Shown piece after piece: positions 10,099-18,631 of a DNA stretch of 53,371 nucleotides (positions are counted from its first letter, which is position 1; each line of letters opens with the position of its first letter). The notes below the pieces were generated by a model, which was not told where the DNA came from, ran no database searches, and saw nothing but the letters and a program-made list of their open reading frames with translations. The stretch is from a virus (lineage: Duplodnaviria; Caudoviricetes), in IMG/VR virus record IMGVR_UViG_3300048554_000080, positions 1-53,371 of that record. The stretch is one strand, 5' to 3'. Made by a program: the position numbers and the translations under genes.

Positions 10099-10313
10099 TA
10101 TTTGGCTCCCTCCAGAGCTTGGTCACGCAACGTCTGGAATCTTCGCAATTCTGCAATTGCCCCTTGTACTTCCAATATCTTGTCGTGATCTTTGGTATTC
10201 TCTAAAAATGACCGCATCGTCTCAATACGATTATCAATGTATTCTTGCAGTATCACATACTTCTCTACGTCATTGACTAAAGGTAGTATTGTCTTCGCTA
10301 AAACTTTTTCCAT
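10098..10313 (-). CDS. Small conserved protein downstream of portal
   Basis: 71 aa helical, QGAIAELRRF motif; start/stop overlaps with both neighbours. Confidence 0.75.
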   Translation of the reverse strand: MEKVLAKTILPLVNDVEKYVILQEYIDNRIETMRSFLENTKDHDKILEVQGAIAELRRFQTLRDQALEGAK

Positions 10314-12430
10314 TATTGAGGCTGGCCTTCAGGTGGTGGTGGGGGTGGTGCCCCTCCGTTATCTCCTCCACCTTCTCCCGTGAATCCGGGAGCGCCGGGC
10401 TCTGGTGCATTGCCGGGAGCTATATTCCCGCCACCATTACCTGTTGGGTCTTCTGGATTAGGTGCCCCTTGTTGCTGTTGTTGTGGAGGTTGTTGTGGCA
10501 TCAACGCCGCTACAGCCGCCATCATCTCTGCCTGTATTGCCGCTTCTCGTGGATCGTTAAGAACCTTGTCCTCATCCAGATCCATACTGGCCGCAAGCTC
10601 ACGCAAGATGTAGTCATACTTAACAAATGGAGCCATGCTGGGGTTTCCTGTCATCTGCATAAACTGCAACAGACGTTGGGAACGTACCTCGTTTCGCATC
10701 AGGCTTTCTGTACCTTTGGCAACGACATCGAGATCCCCTCTAATAGATTTATCAAAATTAAATTGCATGTTGAAACTGAATAGTGATCGGCCAAGAGGAG
10801 CCAACAAATAGTCATCAACATTTCGTACAACGGCTTTAATATTCTGTGCCGCCGCGCCCATGAGCATAGACATACCGGATGCGGTTCTACCGACACCCAT
10901 CACGCCTGTACTACCGTGAGCAAAGGAAGGCATACCAGTAGCTTCATCTGCCAACTGTCGAGCCTTATCAAAAACTTGTATACACTCGCCGGTTACGTTC
11001 GGGAACTTCGTGCCAAAGATGGCTTGTCCCGGCGCACCCGCCTGACGCCTAAATACCTTACCCGGGTAAACTGACATGTCCTGTCCCGGTACTAGGTTTG
11101 TCTCATCAATCTCGATTAACAGATTAGATGATAGTGCGGCGTTATCTACAGCAAGACGCATGAAACCATTCATGATCTCCTGTGTATCTTCCATATTCTC
11201 AGCCAGACCAATACCAAAGAACGAGTATGGATTTAACTCATATGGTACTGAGTGGTATGGAATACGAGTAGGCGTGAACGGGTTAATTACTAAACGGATG
11301 ACCTGACCATTACAGACCCATGCATTGATCTGTACTTCGTCTTGGTCAACTACTTCATCTGGTAATTCCAGTTCAGCTTCTTCAGCGATGTCAGAATCTA
11401 CGACGCCCCAGTACTCAAGTACTTCGTAGCGTTCTATAGAAGATGACATATCACTGTCTTCTAATGTGTCCTCCCAGTAGTGTGGAGTATAACTCGGGCC
11501 GAAATCAATCGCCTCATCAATTGCCTCTGGTCTAAAGAAAGGACGTTTTTTTAGGGCTCTCAGTTGAGAGCGGTTGAGCCTGTGACGTTCTATGACGTAC
11601 TCGGCTTCTGCCATATTCCGGGCATCTGGGTCTGGATAGAAGTTCCAAATACTTACAGATTCCACTTTTGGAATAGTCCTGAACACGGGATCATACGTTC
11701 CTTCGTCATTCCAATTTGGGTACTCTTTCTGTAACGCAAATGGGCCTTTGAGAATGCCTGTACCAAACAGTGACATTTCAAAAGCAACGGAACGTAGATG
11801 TTTGTTTGCTTCACTTTCCTCTAGCTGGTCATGGATAGTCTTTTCCATTTTCCTAGAGGCTTCTTTTGCTGGCTCAAAAGTTAGAGCCGTTGGTGTTTTG
11901 CCCGGGCCTTCGCGTAGCTTATCTTCTACTCTACCAAGTTGATCTTGGAATGGGCCGGATCTTTTTAGTAATTCTGGTCGTGCAATAGTCGGGTTCTTTG
12001 GCCCACTACCGCCGGTTAATTCATTTAGCTTATCCTCAGTAACTTCCTTTGGATCAAAGTGCATAGGGCCACTAACACCCAGAGGCTTGTAACTAGGCTC
12101 AATGCCAATAGGAAACTTACTCCCTGCAAAAAGCACATCGACAATTTGAGCATAGGCCGCAAGAACTTTGGTCTTAGTGATCTTGATAAATGCCTGACTC
12201 TTTTCCTGTTCGGTAAACTGGACATCAGGGCCGTATAAACCACGATAATTCCTATATGAAGTAAGCCATCGTGTTTCATCGGAATGCCTCGCATCGTTTG
12301 ATCGATTATATCTGCCTTCGATCCACCCAATCAATCCGCCCAGAGACGCATTATCCTCGGGAGTACCGTCCTCTAATCCGATTGAGGTTTCCTCTAAATT
12401 TATATCTTCTGGTCGGTCTACAATTGCCAT
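10313..12430 (-). CDS. Portal protein
   Basis: 705 aa; FIKITKTKVLAAY, LFGTGILKGP, SIWNFYPDP, FFGIGLAENM and GRTASGMSML motifs; follows TerL. Confidence 0.9.
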   Translation of the reverse strand: MAIVDRPEDINLEETSIGLEDGTPEDNASLGGLIGWIEGRYNRSNDARHSDETRWLTSYRNYRGLYGPDVQFTEQEKSQAFIKITKTKVLAAYAQIVDVLFAGSKFPIGIEPSYKPLGVSGPMHFDPKEVTEDKLNELTGGSGPKNPTIARPELLKRSGPFQDQLGRVEDKLREGPGKTPTALTFEPAKEASRKMEKTIHDQLEESEANKHLRSVAFEMSLFGTGILKGPFALQKEYPNWNDEGTYDPVFRTIPKVESVSIWNFYPDPDARNMAEAEYVIERHRLNRSQLRALKKRPFFRPEAIDEAIDFGPSYTPHYWEDTLEDSDMSSSIERYEVLEYWGVVDSDIAEEAELELPDEVVDQDEVQINAWVCNGQVIRLVINPFTPTRIPYHSVPYELNPYSFFGIGLAENMEDTQEIMNGFMRLAVDNAALSSNLLIEIDETNLVPGQDMSVYPGKVFRRQAGAPGQAIFGTKFPNVTGECIQVFDKARQLADEATGMPSFAHGSTGVMGVGRTASGMSMLMGAAAQNIKAVVRNVDDYLLAPLGRSLFSFNMQFNFDKSIRGDLDVVAKGTESLMRNEVRSQRLLQFMQMTGNPSMAPFVKYDYILRELAASMDLDEDKVLNDPREAAIQAEMMAAVAALMPQQPPQQQQQGAPNPEDPTGNGGGNIAPGNAPEPGAPGFTGEGGGDNGGAPPPPPPEGQPQ

Positions 12431-12434
12431 TTAT

Positions 12435-14321
12435 TTAGTATCCAAATTTACGACTCGCGGGTCTCCAAGTCTGAGTATTTTTCTGTCCCCAATCATCAAA
12501 CGGGGATGCGGCGCGTGGCCTAGACATGACGCCGTAACGTATGGAGTCATAGGTGTGGTCACTGCGGTATCTCACGTCAATATCGTCCCCACCCTTGGGG
12601 TCGCCGGGAATGACGGGAAGATCTGCAATAATCTGGCGGCAGTTATTAAAAAATACGATGCCGGGGGTTTCTGCTTCTTCGTCATATTTGAGTAGTTCAT
12701 GAAGCCGGTTTTTACCCGCTACCCGGGCTCCTGCGCTTCTATCCGATGGACGCCATCTGCATCCCATCGAAATCATTTCTTCTGCTATGGATGGGCCAAT
12801 CTGGCCTCGATTGTGCCAGCATGAAGAGTCAAGCACACCATAACTTATTTGTTCGCCAATTTCAAGCTCCATGACCGCTTTAGCTAAGTCCTTGCCTGTG
12901 TGTTTGCTGACGTATAACTCTCTGTAAACAATCAGAGTTTCATACGCTGGGTCTATCGCAAACCAGTGTACTGCCGAGTAGGATGAGTACCCGTAGTCAC
13001 ATGACCTAAACCGTCTCCATTCTAGTGGTATCTCAAACGGATCCACGACATGGACGTTGGAACGGAACTCTCCGAACGCCGCTCCGTCGGCAATGGCCCA
13101 ATCACCTTCCAGTAATTGTCGGCGTTGCATCTCAGGGAGCGAAAGAAGGTTAGCCTCGTAGGAACCCTCTTCGTACAGATAGGGATTGTCTTTAAGAGTT
13201 GCTGGTATGAAGCGTCTATCAAAAAGAGGTTTCCCTGCTTTCTCGTGCCCTTCTGGGTATTCTAAGGTCTCGCCTGTCTCCAGATCTTTAGCATGAAACG
13301 AATGGTTCGCCGGAGAAGGATCAATAAACATTTGCTTAACCCACGAATGGCCGGGGCCACCCGGGTTCGTAGTAGCTCGCATAAAGATCGGTAAATCGGG
13401 GTCAGTGGTTCTAAGACGTGATCGCATATAATTCCACGCAAACGGCGTAGAATGTTGCGTAAGTTCGTCAAAGCCGATGTAGCTAAATGCTTGACCTTGG
13501 TAACGTAATACATCCTCTTCTCTTTCTAGGTAGGTCATCCATAGTCTTGCTCCGCTAGGGAAAACCCATTGTGATTTTTTCTCTTGCCACTTAGCGCCGG
13601 GAAATGCCGCGACGTACATCTCTTGTGACTTCCAAATTAGTTCTCGAAGTTCGTCGTTGGTTCTTCTGAGAATAAGTCCGTTGAAGTTTGGGTTGGAGAA
13701 ATATCGCATCGGGTCTGCAAGGAGTCCGATACTCTTACCTCCACCGGCCGCTCCGCCGTATAGTACTTCTCTCTCCGATGCCGCGAGAAATTCTGTTTGC
13801 GGCCCCGGGTTGGGTGCGAAGATAACTGTTTGTTCTTTTGGCCTTGCATTAAAGTCGAGTGTATCACTGAACTGTAATGTCGTTGGCTCGATTGGTGGGG
13901 GTTCTTCCGTCCCACTTATTGCATCAATCTTTTTCTTAGTAACGGTAAGACTTCGCTTAGTCGCCGCTTCTCGTTTTTTAAGATCGCGTAGTTCACGCTC
14001 TTCCTTAGTCTTCGGCGCATTTTTTCGCTTGCGGGTCGCAAGCTGTTTAATACGAGGGTTCTTATCACCCCTATGCCGTTTCCATATATTAGCTAAACCT
14101 TGGTGAGATATTTCATGTCCTGAATTCTCACTTAGCCATCTAGCGGCCTCTCTATAGGAGTTCCCATCATCTAGGAAATCCATAGCTTTTTCAATAAAGC
14201 CTATTAACTCCCAATGTGGGACTGCTACTAAAACATCATCTTCGCTTACTTTGTATCCGTAGGGTACCTTAGATGTTTTATTAGGTCGCTTCTTATCAGG
14301 CCAATTATTCGTCTTCGTCAT
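12435..14321 (-). CDS. terL: Terminase large subunit with N-terminal HTH-like extension
   Basis: Walker A YGGAAGGGKS, Walker B IGFDELT, ATTNPGG coupling motif, RNase H-like CDYG and DHTYDSIRY. Confidence 0.95.
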   Translation of the reverse strand: MTKTNNWPDKKRPNKTSKVPYGYKVSEDDVLVAVPHWELIGFIEKAMDFLDDGNSYREAARWLSENSGHEISHQGLANIWKRHRGDKNPRIKQLATRKRKNAPKTKEERELRDLKKREAATKRSLTVTKKKIDAISGTEEPPPIEPTTLQFSDTLDFNARPKEQTVIFAPNPGPQTEFLAASEREVLYGGAAGGGKSIGLLADPMRYFSNPNFNGLILRRTNDELRELIWKSQEMYVAAFPGAKWQEKKSQWVFPSGARLWMTYLEREEDVLRYQGQAFSYIGFDELTQHSTPFAWNYMRSRLRTTDPDLPIFMRATTNPGGPGHSWVKQMFIDPSPANHSFHAKDLETGETLEYPEGHEKAGKPLFDRRFIPATLKDNPYLYEEGSYEANLLSLPEMQRRQLLEGDWAIADGAAFGEFRSNVHVVDPFEIPLEWRRFRSCDYGYSSYSAVHWFAIDPAYETLIVYRELYVSKHTGKDLAKAVMELEIGEQISYGVLDSSCWHNRGQIGPSIAEEMISMGCRWRPSDRSAGARVAGKNRLHELLKYDEEAETPGIVFFNNCRQIIADLPVIPGDPKGGDDIDVRYRSDHTYDSIRYGVMSRPRAASPFDDWGQKNTQTWRPASRKFGY

Positions 14322-14697
14322 CGGTTGGGGACACCTGTTTCGGTGGTAAAATAAATACGCCCCCTTCTGGCCCTTTAATTTCTATCTGTTCTTTTTTAAC
14401 CAGCCCGGTTCTATCCAAGATCTGCGTAGCCGCCGCTACTGCATTCCTCGCCCCCATAGCACCCGGGTCATTCAATACATCAACCATGCTGTAAGTTGCC
14501 TTGGGAGCATTCATCGCCAAGACCATACTAGCACGATCTACAATCTCATCACGCAACGGGCCTACAACCTCATTGATACGAGTATTCGTCGAGTACCCAG
14601 CCATATTCATAGCCTCACGGATATTGCCTCGCGCCTCGCCACAAAGAGCCTCTAAGAAGGCCTCTTGCATGTCTGTGTACTTTTTCTCTTCACTCAT
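14305..14697 (-). CDS. terS: Terminase small subunit
   Basis: TDMQEAFLEAL...GNIREAMNMAGYS HTH, ILDRTG and C-terminal VFILPPK; upstream of TerL. Confidence 0.75.
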   Translation of the reverse strand: MSEEKKYTDMQEAFLEALCGEARGNIREAMNMAGYSTNTRINEVVGPLRDEIVDRASMVLAMNAPKATYSMVDVLNDPGAMGARNAVAAATQILDRTGLVKKEQIEIKGPEGGVFILPPKQVSPTDDEDE

Positions 14698-14996
14698 TGA
14701 TTTGTAATCTTTTTTGAAAGGAAACTTATATCCTTTTTGAAACCTTCTAACTCTCTGGCTAGACGTTCTTTATTGTCTGGAGAGTTCATGCCGACTATCA
14801 CTGCTAATTTATCTTCGGTCAGCTTTGTAGTCATGTCGTTACGATCCATTCGTAACTCTAAATCGTGGTAACTCTTCTTAACGTCGTGGAGTTCTTCTTC
14901 TAGGGTTTTTATCTGTTGACGCGCAATAGCGGCCGCTGAAACGACACTAACTAACATACCCCCTAATGTAATTAGTAGTTTTAGATCTACTTCCAT
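14694..14996 (-). CDS. Hypothetical membrane-anchored coiled-coil protein
   Basis: N-terminal hydrophobic helix followed by heptads; coupled to terS. Confidence 0.7.
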   Translation of the reverse strand: MEVDLKLLITLGGMLVSVVSAAAIARQQIKTLEEELHDVKKSYHDLELRMDRNDMTTKLTEDKLAVIVGMNSPDNKERLARELEGFKKDISFLSKKITNQ

Positions 14997-15010
14997 TCCC
15001 CCATACCCGA

Positions 15011-15379
15011 TTATTCATTATTACTTATATCCTTGGTGGCCGCGTCCCTCACAGCCTCAAGGGTTCCTAATCTTATGGTCAACTCCTGCACTTGCTCTTG
15101 TATCTGTCTAAGATCTTGTATATCTCGCTCGACGCCTTCAATAAGCATGTCCTGCCGAGCATCAGCCGGAAGGCTACCGAGGGCTCCCCTAGGCCATTTA
15201 ATTCTAAACTCGTTGTTAAGTTCTATCTCCATCTGGCTCTTATCTAGACTATGTTCTAAAGTGTTGAGCCTTTCCTGCATGGAAAAATACGCCATCGTCG
15301 CTACGGACGAGGCGATGATCATTGCTATTAAGTTACGGATAGGGATCGTAATGGCCGTTGAGTCATTAACCTCTACCAT
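15011..15379 (-). CDS. Hypothetical membrane-anchored coiled-coil protein
   Basis: ITIPIRNLIAMII TM segment; EFRIKWPRG.LGSLPADARQ motif recalled from marine phages. Confidence 0.7.
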   Translation of the reverse strand: MVEVNDSTAITIPIRNLIAMIIASSVATMAYFSMQERLNTLEHSLDKSQMEIELNNEFRIKWPRGALGSLPADARQDMLIEGVERDIQDLRQIQEQVQELTIRLGTLEAVRDAATKDISNNE

Positions 15380-15621
15380 TTCTTACAAGACCAGTATCTA
15401 GCAGTCATCTTATCTTTAGCCGTATCGCACTTGTGACGCGCACGGAAAGATTTACGACGCTTAGGGTTAGACTTCTTGATCTTCATGTTGGGATCACCAA
15501 AACGAATGATCTTTTCTTTGCCGTCCTGACAGGCCTTAACAACGAACTTCTTACTGCCGCCCGATGTTCTTTTGGGTTTATTGCAAGCCATCTTTGACTT
15601 GTCTACTCGCTTAGTAGCCAT
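15373..15621 (-). CDS. Small basic conserved phage protein
   Basis: KKFVVKA...IRFGDPNMKIKK...RRKSFRARHKC...ARYWSCKKW, recalled as widespread in marine phages. Confidence 0.8.
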   Translation of the reverse strand: MATKRVDKSKMACNKPKRTSGGSKKFVVKACQDGKEKIIRFGDPNMKIKKSNPKRRKSFRARHKCDTAKDKMTARYWSCKKW

Positions 15622-15623
15622 AA

Positions 15624-16043
15624 CTACTTCTTCTTTTTGCGAACAGACTTACCGTAAGATGCCTCAACTAACTCCCCACGCTTAGGCTTCTTTGAGCCTT
15701 TCTTTTCAGCTTCTTCTTCTTGTTTATCTTTGCGCTTATCTTCCGCCATGCCGCCAGAGCTAAACATTCTCTTACGACGAGTCTCTACATTCTTACCGGA
15801 GTTAGAAGGTCTTCCTGTCGGAGCGCCTCTCTTAGGGGCTTTGGGAGATTTCACATTACGAGATGGCTCGTTACGTTTAGCTGTCTTCTTAACAGCCTTA
15901 CCCTTATTAGCTTTGACCTTATCGTCGGTCTTGTTCACGTCGAGCTTCTGAAGACCGTCTCCAATCTTCATGAAACCACCTGTGTTCATTTTTTTAACTT
16001 TGCCACTAGATTTAACAGAGGCACCACAATTTGCGTATTTCAC
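15624..16043 (-). CDS. Lys-rich low-complexity protein
   Basis: GTG start with GGGAG RBS; K-rich with MNTGG/FSSGG motifs. Confidence 0.7.
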   Translation of the reverse strand: MKYANCGASVKSSGKVKKMNTGGFMKIGDGLQKLDVNKTDDKVKANKGKAVKKTAKRNEPSRNVKSPKAPKRGAPTGRPSNSGKNVETRRKRMFSSGGMAEDKRKDKQEEEAEKKGSKKPKRGELVEASYGKSVRKKKK

Positions 16044-16061
16044 TATACTCTCCCTAAGTAT

Positions 16062-16340
16062 TTATTCTTCCCCGAACTTCACTTTTCGCCGGTTGGCTTC
16101 ATCATCAAAATTTAATTCTTGGGTCGAAAGACTATCGTCCCGGTAATCGGTGTAGTCCTGATCATAGAATTCGCTGTAACCACGGAAGATGGTAGCTTCT
16201 TTGCGAGCTTGTTCCGGGGTGATAAGACCTTCCTCAAGAAGGTAGCGCCTGACATCTTTTAATTTTAAATGGACGCCAGTAGCCGCTTCAATTGCGGCTC
16301 TTATGTAAATTAGGTTGATTGAGTTTTTGGGGAAAGACAT
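16062..16340 (-). CDS. Conserved hypothetical protein (probable start MSFPKN at 16340)
   Basis: INLIYIRAAIEAATG...YLLEEGLIT; start site is uncertain. Confidence 0.65.
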   Translation of the reverse strand: MSFPKNSINLIYIRAAIEAATGVHLKLKDVRRYLLEEGLITPEQARKEATIFRGYSEFYDQDYTDYRDDSLSTQELNFDDEANRRKVKFGEE

Positions 16341-16428
16341 TTTTAGTCTGGTATTTGTTATAACACTACTACGATGTAATTGCAACACCTGAAATAACGT
16401 AGTTAAGGTAATTAATAGGGGCGGAGTA

Positions 16429-16457
16429 TTGACGGATTAGCAAATTCATGCTAAAAT
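16429..16457 (+). promoter_or_regulatory. Sigma70-like promoter pointing antisense to the late arm
   Basis: TTGACG-17 nt-TAAAAT with extended TG; near copy of the primase promoter at 22797. Confidence 0.55.
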
Positions 16458-16486
16458 GTTCAGGCGTTCGCCGGGCGGTCTATATA

Positions 16487-16918
16487 CTATACAGCTATAG
16501 ATTGTTGCCATGCAGAATAGGGGCATGTGTCCTTATGGAGTAGGCGGTTGAGGTAGATAGAGTTCTTTCCATCGTAGTCCTCACACTTCTCGAATGTTAC
16601 GGACATATCCTCAAGGCAGACTAACGCAAACACATCACAAGTACCCGCTTCGTATTCTCGAAACGTGGTAGTCTTACCTTTCCTTATGCTATAGAGCCGC
16701 GCACCTGTCGCGGCTTTTTTCGTTTTAACGTCTACACGAATTACGCCAGCATCTTCCGGGAGCATTACGAGCAAGTCGTATCCACTTCCGGCCGTGTGGT
16801 GTACTTCGTATCCGTAACCGGACACTATAGCGGCCACCAAATGCTCTCCGATACGGCCAACTTGGGTCGCATCCAGAGGATTCATCAAACTAGGGTCAAA
16901 TAAAGGCTTAAAACTCAT
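16487..16918 (-). CDS. PD-(D/E)XK endonuclease-like protein
   Basis: GRIGEHLV...GYDLLV...RVDVKTK...CDVFALV pattern. Confidence 0.75.
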   Translation of the reverse strand: MSFKPLFDPSLMNPLDATQVGRIGEHLVAAIVSGYGYEVHHTAGSGYDLLVMLPEDAGVIRVDVKTKKAATGARLYSIRKGKTTTFREYEAGTCDVFALVCLEDMSVTFEKCEDYDGKNSIYLNRLLHKDTCPYSAWQQSIAV

Positions 16919-17228
16919 CGAACAAATCTTCGTTTAGTAACTTGCCTTCCATTAGGCCAGCGACATCACGAAGATTGTGAGAATGGCGATCAAGTTCATG
17001 TGCAATAAGGTAAAGCTGGTTATATCCGGCCGTTCCTTGGTCTTCTCGGTAGAAATCGATCAAATTATCGATTATTTGCTCAAATTCTATCCGTATTTCG
17101 ATAGATTCATCGCTTTCATTGGGAAAGATGTAACTAACTACGAAAAACCGCCCGTCATTATCCACCTCAAGGTCATTCTCAACCAATATCGGCAATTCGA
17201 GCGTCGCAGTATCGCTAGGTAAGCTCAT
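16908..17228 (-). CDS. Hypothetical acidic protein, first gene of the late arm
   Basis: 106 aa ORF overlapping the next gene; promoter upstream. Confidence 0.65.
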   Translation of the reverse strand: MSLPSDTATLELPILVENDLEVDNDGRFFVVSYIFPNESDESIEIRIEFEQIIDNLIDFYREDQGTAGYNQLYLIAHELDRHSHNLRDVAGLMEGKLLNEDLFDEF

Positions 17229-17279
17229 AAATTAATCCATTTAAGGAAAATACTCCAACATTTGCTAAAGTCATTCCCA

Positions 17280-17308
17280 ATAGTATTAAAATTTACTAGT
17301 TAAGTCAA
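17280..17308 (-). promoter_or_regulatory. Sigma70-like promoter of the late arm
   Basis: TTGACT-17 nt-TACTAT. Confidence 0.65.
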
Positions 17309-17835
17309 CTATCTGGCGCAATAAAGTGCATTATTATTACATTAATTGGCGCATATTATTGCTTGTTGACAGAACGTGTACACAAAACCCCCAAATATCG
17401 ACACGAAAACCTACTAAGTTTACAAATTAAGTCCGTAGGGCCCCCGGTCTCGTTGACAATACCTATTTTTCCAAATTCGGTCAGGGTTGTATACGGTAAC
17501 GGGTACCCCCCCCGGTGGCAGTGGCGGCCCCGGCAAGCCCCGCCGTTGCTAGGTTTCCGGCGGATCGACCACAACCGCGATCACTCGGCCCGGGTAAAGC
17601 CCCGGCATTGCTGGCGATAACGCGCTCCGGGCTCATAACGTAAAGATATGCCCGGCGGATATCCGGCCCGGTTGCCGGTTGCGCGTGTTGACGATTTCAA
17701 AACGACCGAGGGCCGGGCGGCCGGGTGTACGCTATACGCTACACAATAACGCCTAAGCCCCGAACGGTTGCCGGGGGGTGTTACCCTATGGGCCCGGGTT
17801 AAATCCCGGCTATGGGCTCGACATTGCGCCGAGTA

Positions 17836-17896
17836 AACACCGGGCACAAAAAAGCCCGGACAATGCCGGGCTGGTTTCGGTTATTGGGCCGGGTTA
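17836..17896 (-). repeat. 61-bp cassette repeat A (stop codon plus intrinsic terminator at 17848-17872)
   Basis: Near-identical to 18207-18267; minus strand begins TAA and contains AGCCCGG-CATTGT-CCGGGCT-TTTTT. Confidence 0.9.
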
Positions 17897-18115
17897 GCTG
17901 TAACGCTCGGCCCGGATGTTAGCGCCGACGGTATCAATAAAGAGATAGCCGAGCCGGTGGCCGATTGTGTCACCATGCCGCCACCGTTTCGAGAATCTAT
18001 AACCGGTTAACACTAGGGCCGGGGTAATGATAAACCCGAGGGCCCGGCGGATTGTGTAAGAACCCGGGAACCCTTCGAGACGTTCAAGCGCGATATGAAT
18101 TTGTCGATATTTCAT
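17894..18115 (-). CDS. Early hypothetical protein (73 aa)
   Basis: Own promoter, AAAGGAAATATAATT-ATG RBS and terminator. Confidence 0.8.
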   Translation of the reverse strand: MKYRQIHIALERLEGFPGSYTIRRALGFIITPALVLTGYRFSKRWRHGDTIGHRLGYLFIDTVGANIRAERYS

Positions 18116-18170
18116 AATTATATTTCCTTTGGTAGTGGAACCGGGGCGACCACCGCCCGGGCTTGGTTCG

Positions 18171-18200
18171 ATTCTACTACATTAATACGGCCCGGGTAAA
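18171..18200 (-). promoter_or_regulatory. Early promoter P1
   Basis: TTTACC-18 nt-TAGAAT; homologous to 19620-19649. Confidence 0.65.
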
Positions 18201-18206
18201 GCCCCG

Positions 18207-18267
18207 AACACTGGGCAAAAAAAAGCCCGGACAATGCCGGGCTCGGTTCGGTTATTGGGCCGGGTTA
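18207..18267 (-). repeat. 61-bp cassette repeat B (stop codon plus intrinsic terminator at 18217-18243)
   Basis: Near-identical to 17836-17896. Confidence 0.9.
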
Positions 18268-18423
18268 ATCATCGACCAGCGGGGCCGCGTTGATTGCGTC
18301 GCACTGCGCAACAATAACCGGGTGCCATAGTTCCCGGTCTATCGGTTCGCCGGGCTCATAATTAGCTAGGGCCCATTGTTGAAATTCCCGGGTTTCGGTT
18401 GCGTTCAATTCTCGAAATATCAT
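18265..18423 (-). CDS. Small early protein (52 aa), below ORF-track cutoff
   Basis: Translated by hand: MIFRELNATETREFQQWALANYEPGEPIDRELWHPVIVAQCDAINAAPLVDD; GAGG RBS; fills the gap between the upstream gene and the terminator. Confidence 0.75.
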   Translation of the reverse strand: MIFRELNATETREFQQWALANYEPGEPIDRELWHPVIVAQCDAINAAPLVDD

Positions 18424-18424
18424 T

Positions 18425-18631
18425 TTAGCGGCCCTCGGTTAAATGTTCGGCGGCGCTGGCGCGTACCTTGGCGCAATCCGTGCCGGGCTCATAGTTCGGC
18501 CAGTGTCCGGCCTCGACCATATCGCAATAATAAACCGCCTCGCGGATCTCATCGTTAAAGTCAGCGCGGCCCACCATGCCAAGGGCGATGATAAACACCG
18601 CCCCGGCTAGGATATAGGCTAGGCGGCCCAT
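18425..18631 (-). CDS. Small membrane/exported early protein (68 aa)
   Basis: N-terminal hydrophobic helix, then YCDMV..GHWPNY...C; TAATG coupling. Confidence 0.75.
   Translation of the reverse strand: MGRLAYILAGAVFIIALGMVGRADFNDEIREAVYYCDMVEAGHWPNYEPGTDCAKVRASAAEHLTEGR

Noticed and set aside
17356-17847. ORFs 17356-17574, 17363-17620 and 17581-17847
   Set aside because: Arise from stop-poor GC-rich non-coding DNA downstream of a terminator; Arg/Pro/Gly-rich translations and no clear RBS
17836-18267. Repeats as a CRISPR array
   Set aside because: Only two 61-bp copies, separated by a gene with its promoter; they are terminator cassettes
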